This document shows, one piece after another, positions 37,446-47,287 of a stretch of 64,000 bases of DNA. Where the stretch lies: assembly GCA_036261625.1 (NCBI GenBank), contig DATAKL010000064.1:231-64230 (forward strand). The letters run 5' to 3'. Source of the stretch: Ignavibacteriales bacterium. Its GTDB lineage: Bacteria > Bacteroidota > Ignavibacteria > Ignavibacteriales > SURF-24. Numbering within the stretch: position 1 is the first letter of the stretch; the number at the start of each line of letters is the position of its first letter. The notes below the pieces were generated by a model that ran no database searches, was not told where the DNA came from, and was given only the letters and a program-made list of their open reading frames with translations. The position numbers were made by a program, and so were the translations under genes.

Positions 37446-40124
37446 ATGAGATCGTTGATTTTGCGTTCGCTTTTATTCTCAATCTTATTACTGAATTGCC
37501 TGCCCGGCCAGCAGAACATTTTCAGGCTCCACATTCCTATCCCAAATCAAGAAGATCTTTCTTCACAACAAAAACGTTATGGCAAATCTCCCTATGATGG
37601 TCCGCCATTTGGTCATTATGTTCAAAGAGATCAATATTTCCATTCAGATACGCAAGACTTTACTAATTATATGGCGGAGGTCAGAGCGGCTTTTGCAACA
37701 TGGAACCAGGTGAGTTATGTGAAGTTTAACGAATCTGCTTCAGCAGGTGTTTCTTTAAAGACAACAGGATTAGTCTCGAATGGTCCTGCTTATACTATTC
37801 AGAGTTTCAATTCGGTAAATGAAATTCAGGCAGGTAGTACCAGCATTACTGTAAGCACGGGGTATTCTTGGGTGGGGAGAAATAATGCAGAAAAAAATGA
37901 AATTGATTTGCAATCCACAATGCTGCATGAAATAGGTCATGCATTAGGAATAGCACATCCAGATATATCGACATATGATATTGGTAGTTCTGCTGCACCT
38001 GTAATGGCAGGGTGGGACGATAATTGGTTCAAAAACAATTTAGTACGAGAGTTGCGAACACAGGACATTTATGCCTGCAAATTTTTGCAAACATATGTCC
38101 CAAATCTTTGCCCGTCAATAGACGAAGCTGTAAGTGTATCCAGTACAACTGGAATCGGGTATATTTACTTGACAGGGTCCTCATCCTTGAACAATGACGT
38201 CTCATTGCTCCAATCGGTAAATTTAACCTTGAAATCGAACTCAAATCTGAATCTGAACAATCATATTATTAGCTTAAGTGGGGGATCTCTTACTTTAGAA
38301 GAAGGATCTGTGGTAAATGCTGTTAATGTTAAATCTGGCAGTACTCTATTAAAATTATGCCCTACGATAGAATCAGCGATAAATGTCGCTATTGCAGGAA
38401 ATACAATTGAGGTGCCCGATAAGAAAACTTTTTCTTTATTGGCAGATGTTGTAGTTCCCGGTGATGTGACACTGTTGTTGAAATCAGGCTGTACAGTAAA
38501 TTTGAACGGGCATAAGATTATTCGGGAAGCAAGGGGAATTATTCTAGTTGAAAATGGAGCAAAGATCGATTGTACGTTCTTAAAAAATTCTGATGGCAAC
38601 ATTTCGGGTCTCTATCCAACTATTCAATCGGCCTGTGACGCAGCTGTTGCTACCCAGAAAGTTGAATTGCAAAGAAGAATATACAATGAAAATATTTTCT
38701 CCCTAAACAGCAAAAGTAATGTCACAATTTCAGGCTACGGCGCAACAGTAAACGGCAGCATAAACCTGAATGGTGACTCCTATTGCAAACTTTACGGGGT
38801 TTATCTTCCTACAGGACAGGTCTACATAAATGGTGGAATAGGAGATGTTATAATGGACCTACGTTCCGATGCCGGGAGCCGCTCACTGAACATTGAAAAC
38901 ACTACAAACAATGCCGTCTACGGCCTGACTGCAACAAACGGCGACATGGAGGATTTCGGAGTAAATATCTATAACAGCACGGGTGACATATGTGACTCTT
39001 CAAGAATTGAGAATCAGATGATAGGAATTTACCTCTATGGAGGCCATTACAACGTAACTGATGACTTTTTCTGCCATAACATTTATGACGTGGATGCCGA
39101 AGGTGGTGGCTATGCTTACCTGATGAATAATGTCCATAGCAGGGTAAATCCTGCAAGCGTATATGGCAATGTTGATTTTGATGAGTGGCCTTCAGTAGCC
39201 TGCTCATCACCTTCAGGACTGGCCAAGTCAAACACAGCATCATCTTTAAGCCTGAACACTCAAACAGAAGTAAAAGGAGTTCCTACGGATGACCTGGACA
39301 GAATATATGTGGAGCTTCTGCACAGGACAATTCAGGACACGGCTTTGAATCATAAGGGCCTCATTGAGAAGTATAAAGCTGAATACGTCAGCATTGCTGA
39401 AAAATCAAAGGGTGAATTAAAGAAAAACCTTCGTGAGCTCTCAAAGCTGAAGAATTATCTTTCAATCACAGTCAACTGCCTGAGATTCTTAGGAGAGGAT
39501 GGAAGCCTTTTGTCTTATCTGAACGAACTGCTCGGAACGAGTGACCTTCAGCCTTATTCCCCGTACATAAAGAAGTATTTTATTCCTGGCCTGATTAGCG
39601 GGAGTGATTTCAATGGGGCACTTAGGCTCTGTAGTGAAGTTCTTAACAGCAAAGACATAGATAAGGACCTCACCTGTGAAATGCTCTATGAAAAAGGAAT
39701 TATAAACAGGTTCTTTATCAAGAACAACACAGAGGCATACAGGGCATTTTCTGCCATAACGGAACGGTATCCCGATCACCCGCTGGGCAAGATGGCAAAA
39801 GGTCAGATTTCCGATATGCCGGAAGTTGAAAATCCGGGACTAAAGTCCCTGGGCAGTACTACTGAAGGCTTCACCTGTTCGAACTACCCTAATCCATTTA
39901 ATCCTTCAACAAGGTTCACCTTCTCTATCCCCGGTGACGGATTTACAGAGCTTAAGATCTATAACTCCCTCGGGCAGGAGGTAAAGACGCTCGTTTCGGA
40001 CTACTTGTCTAAAGGGAAATATACATTTGAATGGAATGCAGGAAGCTATTCAAGCGGCATTTACTACTACTTCTTAAAATCAGGAAGCAATGTGACTACT
40101 TCAAAGGTTATATTGCTGAAGTAA
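37446..40124 (+). CDS. Secreted metzincin (M10-like) metalloprotease with beta-helix region and T9SS C-terminal sorting domain
   Basis: 892 aa with a TAGGAGG RBS and a signal peptide. Carries the HEIGHALGIAHP (HExxHxxGxxH) motif and a C-terminal YPNPFNPSTRFTF...IYNSLGQEV...SGIYYYFL sorting pattern. Confidence 0.8.
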   Translation: MRSLILRSLLFSILLLNCLPGQQNIFRLHIPIPNQEDLSSQQKRYGKSPYDGPPFGHYVQRDQYFHSDTQDFTNYMAEVRAAFATWNQVSYVKFNESASAGVSLKTTGLVSNGPAYTIQSFNSVNEIQAGSTSITVSTGYSWVGRNNAEKNEIDLQSTMLHEIGHALGIAHPDISTYDIGSSAAPVMAGWDDNWFKNNLVRELRTQDIYACKFLQTYVPNLCPSIDEAVSVSSTTGIGYIYLTGSSSLNNDVSLLQSVNLTLKSNSNLNLNNHIISLSGGSLTLEEGSVVNAVNVKSGSTLLKLCPTIESAINVAIAGNTIEVPDKKTFSLLADVVVPGDVTLLLKSGCTVNLNGHKIIREARGIILVENGAKIDCTFLKNSDGNISGLYPTIQSACDAAVATQKVELQRRIYNENIFSLNSKSNVTISGYGATVNGSINLNGDSYCKLYGVYLPTGQVYINGGIGDVIMDLRSDAGSRSLNIENTTNNAVYGLTATNGDMEDFGVNIYNSTGDICDSSRIENQMIGIYLYGGHYNVTDDFFCHNIYDVDAEGGGYAYLMNNVHSRVNPASVYGNVDFDEWPSVACSSPSGLAKSNTASSLSLNTQTEVKGVPTDDLDRIYVELLHRTIQDTALNHKGLIEKYKAEYVSIAEKSKGELKKNLRELSKLKNYLSITVNCLRFLGEDGSLLSYLNELLGTSDLQPYSPYIKKYFIPGLISGSDFNGALRLCSEVLNSKDIDKDLTCEMLYEKGIINRFFIKNNTEAYRAFSAITERYPDHPLGKMAKGQISDMPEVENPGLKSLGSTTEGFTCSNYPNPFNPSTRFTFSIPGDGFTELKIYNSLGQEVKTLVSDYLSKGKYTFEWNAGSYSSGIYYYFLKSGSNVTTSKVILLK

Positions 40125-40146
40125 CATGGTCTGTTTTCGGAATAAC

Positions 40147-40174
40147 GCAGGGGTCCTCTTTTGGGGACTCCTGC
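40147..40174 (+). terminator. GC-rich hairpin after the metzincin gene (possible terminator)
   Basis: gcaggggtcc/ggactcctgc stem (1 mismatch) starting 23 nt after the stop. The T-tract is weak. Confidence 0.4.
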
Positions 40175-40363
40175 AGTTAATTCGGGACAGTCTTTTTCAG
40201 AAATTCTAAATTCCTGTTGGAATTTAAGATCTCCAAACAGTTTTTTTCATCAAAAAAGAAAGACTTCCATTAAAAATACGTATGATTACGTATTGGCCCT
40301 AAGTTTAGAATGTCATATCTTCGGAATAAAAAGCCAGGCTTACTTTCTTTATGTGAGGTAAAT

Positions 40364-41449
40364 GTGAGAATTACTGCAAAACATAAGATAACCCTATTGC
40401 TTTTCTGCATAATGGTTCTTTTAATTTTGTCCTTATCGTGCGGAAAATCTAACCCTGTTACTTCTGAAGAGATCACTCCGGGAAGGCGGGACTACACCTG
40501 GACTGTGGACACTCTTGACATGCCTGTTAACCAAATTCACTCAATCTGGGGCTCATCGCCAAGTGACATATGGGCCTGCGGCCCTGCAGGAGACGAAAGT
40601 AAATGGTTCCAGCATTATGACGGGAAAAAGTGGACTCCATATAACATTTCTTATTCAGGAAATACCCTTTTCGGCTTCAGCCGGAATGATGTCTGGATGG
40701 GATCGGGAGACGGGCAGATATGGCATTATGATGGGGTCAGCTGGAAACGTAATTACACCTATAAGGCAGATAATGGGAGAAATCTTGTTGAAGTGATGAA
40801 TATCTGGGGCTCAAGTCCTAATGACGTTTATGCAAGCGGAGTTATGTTTTATAAAGGTACCGTTTATGAGCCGGAATCTAATAGAGGATTTATCCTCCAT
40901 TATGATGGACAGGAATGGACCGAGGTACTCAAAGGTGAATTTAATTCTCAGTTTGCGACAATTAGGAAGTTTAACAATGAAGTATTTGTCCAATCTTACA
41001 GTTTTGACCTGAAGAGAAGCTATGATGATCAGATTGTATTTTATAAGCTGAGTGGCAATAAGCTGGAGAAAATATATTCCGGTCTTCATGGAGTGATTAA
41101 CTTTGCTGATTTCGACCTTGTAGGAGATAATTTATATTTCTGGATAGGCAGGGATATTTGCTCATACAGTGAACGGATGGGATTAAGTAAAGAAAATTTC
41201 TTAAAGATCTTTACAGTAAACGAGCCCATGTTTAATTATTATGTCTTTGGAAGGAGTATGAAAGACCTATTTATAAGCACACTTGGCGGTCTGGCCCACT
41301 ATAACGGCGAAGATGTTCAGTACATCCTGCATTATCCTGATACGCAGAGAATTGTAGCGGGGACACTATTTTTTGAGAAGGAAATTGTATGTGCCTTTGT
41401 AGATTACAGCACAAATACAAACATGGTTGTACACGGGAAATTAAAATGA
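40364..41449 (+). CDS. Lipoprotein, WD-like/BNR-like beta-propeller (hypothetical)
   Basis: A GTG start at 40364, 5 nt after GAGG, gives MRITAKHKITLLLFCIMVLLILSLSCG with a lipobox. The protein has repeated IWGSSP.D(I/V)(W/Y)A.G blades. Confidence 0.55.
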   Translation: MRITAKHKITLLLFCIMVLLILSLSCGKSNPVTSEEITPGRRDYTWTVDTLDMPVNQIHSIWGSSPSDIWACGPAGDESKWFQHYDGKKWTPYNISYSGNTLFGFSRNDVWMGSGDGQIWHYDGVSWKRNYTYKADNGRNLVEVMNIWGSSPNDVYASGVMFYKGTVYEPESNRGFILHYDGQEWTEVLKGEFNSQFATIRKFNNEVFVQSYSFDLKRSYDDQIVFYKLSGNKLEKIYSGLHGVINFADFDLVGDNLYFWIGRDICSYSERMGLSKENFLKIFTVNEPMFNYYVFGRSMKDLFISTLGGLAHYNGEDVQYILHYPDTQRIVAGTLFFEKEIVCAFVDYSTNTNMVVHGKLK

Positions 41450-41545
41450 ATAAAGGAGAAATAAGGCTCCTTAAAGCCCTATGTTAACCCTGTCTGCCTA
41501 TATGTATTTGGTTCATTATTTTAGAAAACGGGCTGTAACAGATAT

Positions 41546-41662
41546 AAAACCACTGACGTGGTTTTTGGGTGTGGGGGATTTCCTTACCCAGGGTTCCATC
41601 ATCCCGACACTTGTCGGGATTTGAAACCCTGGGCTACAGACATAGAACCACTCCGTGGTTCG
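41546..41662. repeat. Element E: solo arm of the element A/C family
   Basis: aaaaccac-TGAC-gtggtttt, then TTGGGTGTGGGGGATTTCCTTACCCAGGGTT, an inner hairpin atcccgac-actt-gtcgggat, AAACCCTGGGCTAC, and aaccac-tcc-gtggtt. This matches the right arms of elements A and C block for block. Confidence 0.75.
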
Positions 41663-41713
41663 GAGGTTATAATCCTCAAATTCCTCTAAATCAATTCTCT
41701 TGAATACCCGCAC

Positions 41714-41742
41714 TTGACAAATCACACCGAATGGAATATATT
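41714..41742 (+). promoter_or_regulatory. Candidate sigma-70-type promoter (TTGACA-17-TATATT)
   Basis: Exact -35 hexamer, 17-nt spacer and a 5/6 match to the -10 hexamer, about 200 nt upstream of the ACP start. Confidence 0.35.
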
Positions 41743-41939
41743 TATTTCAATCACCCCCATGACGGATGATTGCCTTGTAAGCCCCTCGATTTTAGAACTC
41801 AGTATTCTGGAGCTATTTATGCCGGATAAGAGTTCGTATCTCAAGCTACTGAATTTACCGCCTTCGGGCAGCTCCGGATTAAACGCACTTTTTTACCCCT
41901 GTGAAACTAACCAACATGCCAATAGAGGAGATATGTGTT

Positions 41940-42200
41940 ATGGAAAGAAATGAAATCGAATCACGCGTTAAGAAAGTTATTGCCGAAGTGCTGAAAATCA
42001 ATCAGGATAATATTACTCCTGAAGCAAACTTTATCTTCGACTTAGGAGCCGACTCCATGCAGAGCCTCATGCTCGTTGCGGGCCTGGAGGAGGAATTCAG
42101 CGTCACAATGGATGAGGATAAGGCGCTCGAAGTCCAGTCCGTTGCAGGCGCAGTTGCCTTCATCTCTTCAGTTCTCCAGGAGCAGGAGCACGCAAAGTGA
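41940..42200 (+). CDS. Acyl carrier protein
   Basis: I place the start at ATG 41940, 9 nt after AGGAG, giving 86 aa. DLGADSM is a phosphopantetheine attachment motif. The stop overlaps the next gene's start (GTGA). Confidence 0.8.
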   Translation: MERNEIESRVKKVIAEVLKINQDNITPEANFIFDLGADSMQSLMLVAGLEEEFSVTMDEDKALEVQSVAGAVAFISSVLQEQEHAK

Positions 42201-44323
42201 AGGATAGGAAAACCAGGGAGGAAATTGAAAGAATATTTTACCCCGCCTCGGTTGCCGTCGTGGGTACTAATAAAACCAAAGGCACCGTTCCGTGCGATAT
42301 TCTGGAAAATATCCTTAAGGACGACTACCAGGGCATAATATACCCAGTAAATCCTAAGGAACGCTCTATATGCGGACTCAGAGTCTATAAGTACGTCGTC
42401 GACATTGAGGACCCGGTGGACCTTGCCGTTATTGTCTACCCGAGCTCTGTTATCCATATGGCTGTTGAACAGTGCGGTCAGAAGGGAATTAAATCGCTGG
42501 TCATTATCTCGGCAGGCTTCAAAGAGGTGGGCGGCTCAGGGATTGAAAGGGAAAACAGGGTTCGGGAAATTGCAGCTAAGTACGGCATTTCTTTTATAGG
42601 CCCCAACTGCCTCGGCATAATAAATACAGACCCCACGGTAAAACTGAATGCATCTTTTGCACGCAAAATGCCTGACGAGGGGAACATAGCTTTCATTTCA
42701 CAAAGCGGCGCCCTCTGTACTGCAGTACTCGACTATGCAATTGCCAAGCACATAGGATTTTCAAAGTTTGTAAGCTTCGGCAATAAGGCAGATATAAATG
42801 AAATTGACCTCCTTAACTATCTTAAAGATGATCCCCTTACAAAGGTTATTCTTCTTTACCTGGAAGAGATAAGCGACGTTCAGGCTTTAATGGAAACCTC
42901 GCGCACAATTATAAGTGAAACGGGTAAGCCTATTTTGGTCCTTAAAGCAGGAAGAACTCCCGAAGGGGCTTCGGCCGCGGCATCTCACACGGGCGCCCTG
43001 GCCGGAAGCGATGAGGTCTGTGACGCGGCCTTCCGCCAGGCTGGAATTATCCGCTGCGACGACATTGAGCAGATGTTCAACTACGCCATTGCATTTGCCT
43101 ATCAGCCGCTTCCCATGGGAAACCGCATCGCTATAATTACTAATGCCGGGGGACCCGGGGTATTAACAACTGACATGGCAATTAAAACGGGACTTAAGCT
43201 GGCGGAGTTTTCAGAGGAGACAACGCGCATACTGAAACAAAATCTTCCTCCGGCAGCCAACATCAAAAATCCCGTGGACGTAATCGGCGACGCCAGGGCC
43301 GAGCGCTACAATATCGCACTCAAAGCAGCCCTGAAGGATTCCAACGTGGATGGGGCGATGGTCATTCTTACACCGCAGTCAATGACGGATATAAAAGCAA
43401 TTGCCCATGAAATCTCCGGCATTGCAGGGGAATCCGGTAAACCTGTCCTTACCTCCTTTATGGGGGCCTCTGACGTTGCTGTGGGAATTGATGTACTGCA
43501 GAGAAGCAGCATACCGCACTACCAGCTTCCGGAAAATATGTGCCGCTCCTACGCCTGCACCTATCATTTTACGTGTCAGCTGGAAAAAAGGCACTCTCAG
43601 GCAGTCCATTTTACAGATGTGGATACTGAAGGTGCCCGCTGCCTTTTAAGTGAAGCCCTTGAAACAGGAAGGCATTATTTAACTGAAGAAGAGGCTCTCG
43701 AGGTGCTGGAAGCCTACAGAATGCCCGTTCTGCCGAGAGCTGTAGCTTCCTCGTGCACAGAGGCTCTTTACGTTGCAGGCGATATAGGATACCCCGTTGT
43801 AATGAAGATAGTCTCAGACTATATCGTTCATAAGTCCGATATGGGCGGCGTGGTGCTGAACATTCAAAACCGTGAGGAGGCTGAAGAGGCATATAAGAAA
43901 ATAATGCGCAGGGCTGAAGTCTCACTCCCAAAGGGTGTTATTCAGGGCATTCTGGTGGAGAAAATGGTAACCGACGGCGAAGAGGTTATTCTGGGACTTA
44001 AACGTGATCCACTATTCGGACCTGTTATAATGTTCGGCCTCGGCGGAATTTATGTGGAGGTCTTTAAGGACGTAAGTTTCAGAATAGCCCCGGTGTGGAA
44101 GGATTCTGTTTCGGAAATGATAAGTGAGATTAAATCCTATCCGGTTCTTAAAGGCATAAGGGGCAAATGCCCGCGGGACATTGAAAGCATAGAGCTATGC
44201 ATAGAACGCCTGAGCCAGCTTGCAATGGATTGTCCCGAAATTAAGGAGCTGGATATCAATCCATTAATAGTAGAGGAAAAAGGCAAAGGCTCTTTTATAG
44301 CCGATGCAAGAATAATTGTTTAA
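42197..44323 (+). CDS. ADP-forming acyl-CoA synthetase (acetate--CoA ligase family, fused alpha-beta)
   Basis: 708 aa with an N-terminal CoA-binding domain (PASVAVVG), a phosphohistidine loop (SHTGALAG) and a C-terminal ATP-grasp domain. Confidence 0.8.
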   Translation: MKDRKTREEIERIFYPASVAVVGTNKTKGTVPCDILENILKDDYQGIIYPVNPKERSICGLRVYKYVVDIEDPVDLAVIVYPSSVIHMAVEQCGQKGIKSLVIISAGFKEVGGSGIERENRVREIAAKYGISFIGPNCLGIINTDPTVKLNASFARKMPDEGNIAFISQSGALCTAVLDYAIAKHIGFSKFVSFGNKADINEIDLLNYLKDDPLTKVILLYLEEISDVQALMETSRTIISETGKPILVLKAGRTPEGASAAASHTGALAGSDEVCDAAFRQAGIIRCDDIEQMFNYAIAFAYQPLPMGNRIAIITNAGGPGVLTTDMAIKTGLKLAEFSEETTRILKQNLPPAANIKNPVDVIGDARAERYNIALKAALKDSNVDGAMVILTPQSMTDIKAIAHEISGIAGESGKPVLTSFMGASDVAVGIDVLQRSSIPHYQLPENMCRSYACTYHFTCQLEKRHSQAVHFTDVDTEGARCLLSEALETGRHYLTEEEALEVLEAYRMPVLPRAVASSCTEALYVAGDIGYPVVMKIVSDYIVHKSDMGGVVLNIQNREEAEEAYKKIMRRAEVSLPKGVIQGILVEKMVTDGEEVILGLKRDPLFGPVIMFGLGGIYVEVFKDVSFRIAPVWKDSVSEMISEIKSYPVLKGIRGKCPRDIESIELCIERLSQLAMDCPEIKELDINPLIVEEKGKGSFIADARIIV

Positions 44324-44344
44324 CAATTATATTCGGGGGTTACT

Positions 44345-46333
44345 ATGGACTTAAGAAATCTTACCGGATATGAAATTAACTTTCTTCACTGCCAGGGGTG
44401 CACGGCAGAAGACTGGTCAAGAGTTCAGGTGCCCAGGGATTTTGAAACCGAAAGGGTGCGTAACGTGCACTTTTCGGGAGACAACATCCTGGGGGGCATG
44501 AGAAAAACAGTCCTGCTCCCGGGAGACGTTGAAATGCCTTCAGGCATCTACAACTCTCACCTCCACAACTGTTCTTTCGGTGACGACGTCTTTATCCGCG
44601 GCGTGAGACTCATGGCAAATTACGACGTTGAAGGTGACGTTGTGATTGAAAATGTCCTAAGCCTCGTTACCGAGGGAATGGCTTCATTCGGCAACGGAAC
44701 GGAACTGGAGATATTAAATGAAGGCGGGGGACGCACAATAAAGATATTTGACCGTCTCTCGGCACAGCTGGCTTACTTCATGGCTCTATACAGGGAAAGA
44801 GCCGGTTTTATACAGGCGCTTGATAAAATAATCGACTATCACGTCAAATGCCGGACTTTTGAAACCGGAAGAATTAAAAAGGGAAGCCGCATAACAAACT
44901 GCGGAGAGATCAAAAACGTATTCATTGGAGAGTATGCCGAAATCAATGGCGCGCTGAAACTTAGTAACGGATCCATCCTCAGCACAAAGGAAGATCCCGC
45001 TGTAATCGGCGCAGGAGTAGAGGCAAAGGATTTTATCATACAGACAGGTTCCAGTGTGGAAAACAGCGCCATTCTCCACAGGTGTTTCGTAGGTCAGGGG
45101 GTCAGAATCGGCCGTCAATACTCGGCGGAGAACTCGGCTTTCTTTGCCAACTCAGAAGCATTTCACGGTGAAGGATGCTCCATCTTTGCAGGCCCTTACA
45201 CCGTAACACATCACAAGTCGACCCTTCTGATTGCGGGATTTTTCTCCTTCTTCAACGCCGGAAGCGGAAGCAATCAGAGCAACCATATGTACCGGCTGGG
45301 ACCCGTGCACCAGGGTATTCTGGAACGCGGCGCCAGAACGGGTTCCTTCAGCTATATGCTCTGGCCCTCAAGGGTGGGCGCTTTTACTTCTGTAATCGGG
45401 AAGCATTTTACTAACTTCGATACCTCGGAATTCCCGTTCTCATATATTTCCGAAGAAGATGGTAAAAGCATCCTTACGCCTGCAATAAACCTCTTTACAG
45501 CAGGAACCAAAAGGGACAGCCTTAAGTGGCCTGCACGCGACAGAAGAAAAGGGCAGGATAAACTGGACCTGATCAATTTCGATGTCTTAAGCCCGTATAC
45601 CGCAGGCAGAATGCTGACCGGAATGGGAATCCTTAATGACCTTTATCAGAAGACGTCAAAAGACACAAAGACAGTTTCATACAAGGGAATTGAGATCAAC
45701 CGCCTCATGCTGAGAACTTCAGCCAGGTATTATGAAATGGGAATTAAAATATTTATGGGGAGATGCCTCATAGACCAGATAGAAAAGCTTGGAGCTAAAA
45801 TTTTTGAAAATATAAAACCGGCTGATAACTCCGCCGGCAGCCTTGCAATGGAGATGTGGGTTGACGCGGCAGGGCTCCTCTCCCCGATATCCAGCATAAA
45901 TAACTTTGTGGACTCTGTTACGTCGGGTGAAATAAACCGCATCAGTCAGGCTGAAGATGCATTAAATAATATATGGCGGAACTACAGGGAAAATGAATGG
46001 CACTGGTGCCTGACTTTAATGAAGAAAAGAACAGGCGGACAACAGGAGGCGATAACGCCCGAATACCTGTCCGGCATAATTACAGACTGGAAGAATGAGT
46101 CGATAAAGCTGAACAATATGATCTTAAAAGACGCCATGAGGGAGTTTGATTTATCCTCAAAAATATCATACGGAGTTGACGGAAATAAAGATGAAGACTT
46201 CCAGGCAGTGCGCGGCAGTTATGAAGAAAATAAATTTATAAAGCAGATCAGGGAAGAGAACCTCGTAATAGAAGAAAGGGCCGATAAAGCGCTCTCCATT
46301 CTCGAAAGCCATAGTGAAAGCATTGAAGCATAA
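44345..46333 (+). CDS. DUF4954-like protein with a beta-helix (hexapeptide-like) core
   Basis: 662 aa. The repeated short V/I-G-x-x turns at about residues 180-300 suggest a beta-helix. The DUF4954 assignment is from memory of the family's size and pattern. Confidence 0.5.
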   Translation: MDLRNLTGYEINFLHCQGCTAEDWSRVQVPRDFETERVRNVHFSGDNILGGMRKTVLLPGDVEMPSGIYNSHLHNCSFGDDVFIRGVRLMANYDVEGDVVIENVLSLVTEGMASFGNGTELEILNEGGGRTIKIFDRLSAQLAYFMALYRERAGFIQALDKIIDYHVKCRTFETGRIKKGSRITNCGEIKNVFIGEYAEINGALKLSNGSILSTKEDPAVIGAGVEAKDFIIQTGSSVENSAILHRCFVGQGVRIGRQYSAENSAFFANSEAFHGEGCSIFAGPYTVTHHKSTLLIAGFFSFFNAGSGSNQSNHMYRLGPVHQGILERGARTGSFSYMLWPSRVGAFTSVIGKHFTNFDTSEFPFSYISEEDGKSILTPAINLFTAGTKRDSLKWPARDRRKGQDKLDLINFDVLSPYTAGRMLTGMGILNDLYQKTSKDTKTVSYKGIEINRLMLRTSARYYEMGIKIFMGRCLIDQIEKLGAKIFENIKPADNSAGSLAMEMWVDAAGLLSPISSINNFVDSVTSGEINRISQAEDALNNIWRNYRENEWHWCLTLMKKRTGGQQEAITPEYLSGIITDWKNESIKLNNMILKDAMREFDLSSKISYGVDGNKDEDFQAVRGSYEENKFIKQIREENLVIEERADKALSILESHSESIEA

Positions 46334-46339
46334 AAGAAA

Positions 46340-46376
46340 GGCTGTAGGGAAAACAAATATCATTTTCCTTACAGCC
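46340..46376 (-). terminator. Hairpin terminator between convergent genes
   Basis: ggctgtaggga/tccttacagcc stem (1 mismatch). The T-run is on the minus-strand side (TTTCTTTT). Confidence 0.5.
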
Positions 46377-46405
46377 CTGTAACATGCGGCATGGTTAAGG
46401 CCGCT

Positions 46406-47287
46406 TTATTTGTATTGCTTTACTTTGAACTGTGCAAAGTTAATCCTGTGCAGCCACTCCTTGAAGGTTGTCAGTTCAACATCATAGTTTGCCTTCAGGG
46501 CATCAATATCCACGTCATAACCAACCCTGTTGAACCAGTCTACCATCTGGGCCGATTCCTTGCCCACAATGTTTTCAAACTCCTTAAGGCTCAACTTCAC
46601 ATAACTTACCGGCTCACCCAGTTCGCCGCTTAAGATAGAGGCGACTTCGGGATATGTCTTGGAGTCACCCGCTATTTCTATTTCCTTTCCCATATAGATG
46701 TCGGGATTTGAAAAAGCCTGTGCAACAAAGGAGCCTATATCATCAACAGCAATCATCTGAAGCGGAACGTTTTCATCCATTGCGCTTACCAGCTTGCCCG
46801 CGAATATTTCATTCCTCATTCCGATAAAGTTTTCCATGAAAAACACGGGGCGGAATATGGTATAGTGAAGTTTCTTTTCCCTGATATAATCTTCTATCAC
46901 TTTCTTGCTTTCAAAGTGCGACAGTCCGGTATTGCGTGTACAGCTTGCAACAGAGTTGTAAATAAAGTGCTGTACATTGCTGTCCTTAACGGCATCTACA
47001 AGAGCTTTGCCCTGATCAACCTCACCCTGGTAGCCGTGTTCCCAGAAATTCTGCACCGCAAAAACTCCGTAGGCATCCTTAATATGCTGCCTGAATGAAG
47101 ACGGGTTGTAAAGATCGCCAACAACTACTTCGATCCCTTTTTCCTTCAGCTTTCGTGCAGGTTCGCTATCCGGAGTGCGTGTAAGCGCCCTGATCTGAAA
47201 ACCCTCTTTCTGCAGGTGGTTGACAACTGCTCCGCCCTGTTTGCCCGTGGCACCGGTGACAAATATAACCTTATTCTTTCCAGCCAT
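46406..47287 (-). CDS. NmrA-family NAD(P)-binding protein
   Basis: 293 aa. N-terminal VTGATGKQGGAVVNHL Rossmann motif and NmrA-like length. Confidence 0.8.
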   Translation of the reverse strand: MAGKNKVIFVTGATGKQGGAVVNHLQKEGFQIRALTRTPDSEPARKLKEKGIEVVVGDLYNPSSFRQHIKDAYGVFAVQNFWEHGYQGEVDQGKALVDAVKDSNVQHFIYNSVASCTRNTGLSHFESKKVIEDYIREKKLHYTIFRPVFFMENFIGMRNEIFAGKLVSAMDENVPLQMIAVDDIGSFVAQAFSNPDIYMGKEIEIAGDSKTYPEVASILSGELGEPVSYVKLSLKEFENIVGKESAQMVDWFNRVGYDVDIDALKANYDVELTTFKEWLHRINFAQFKVKQYK

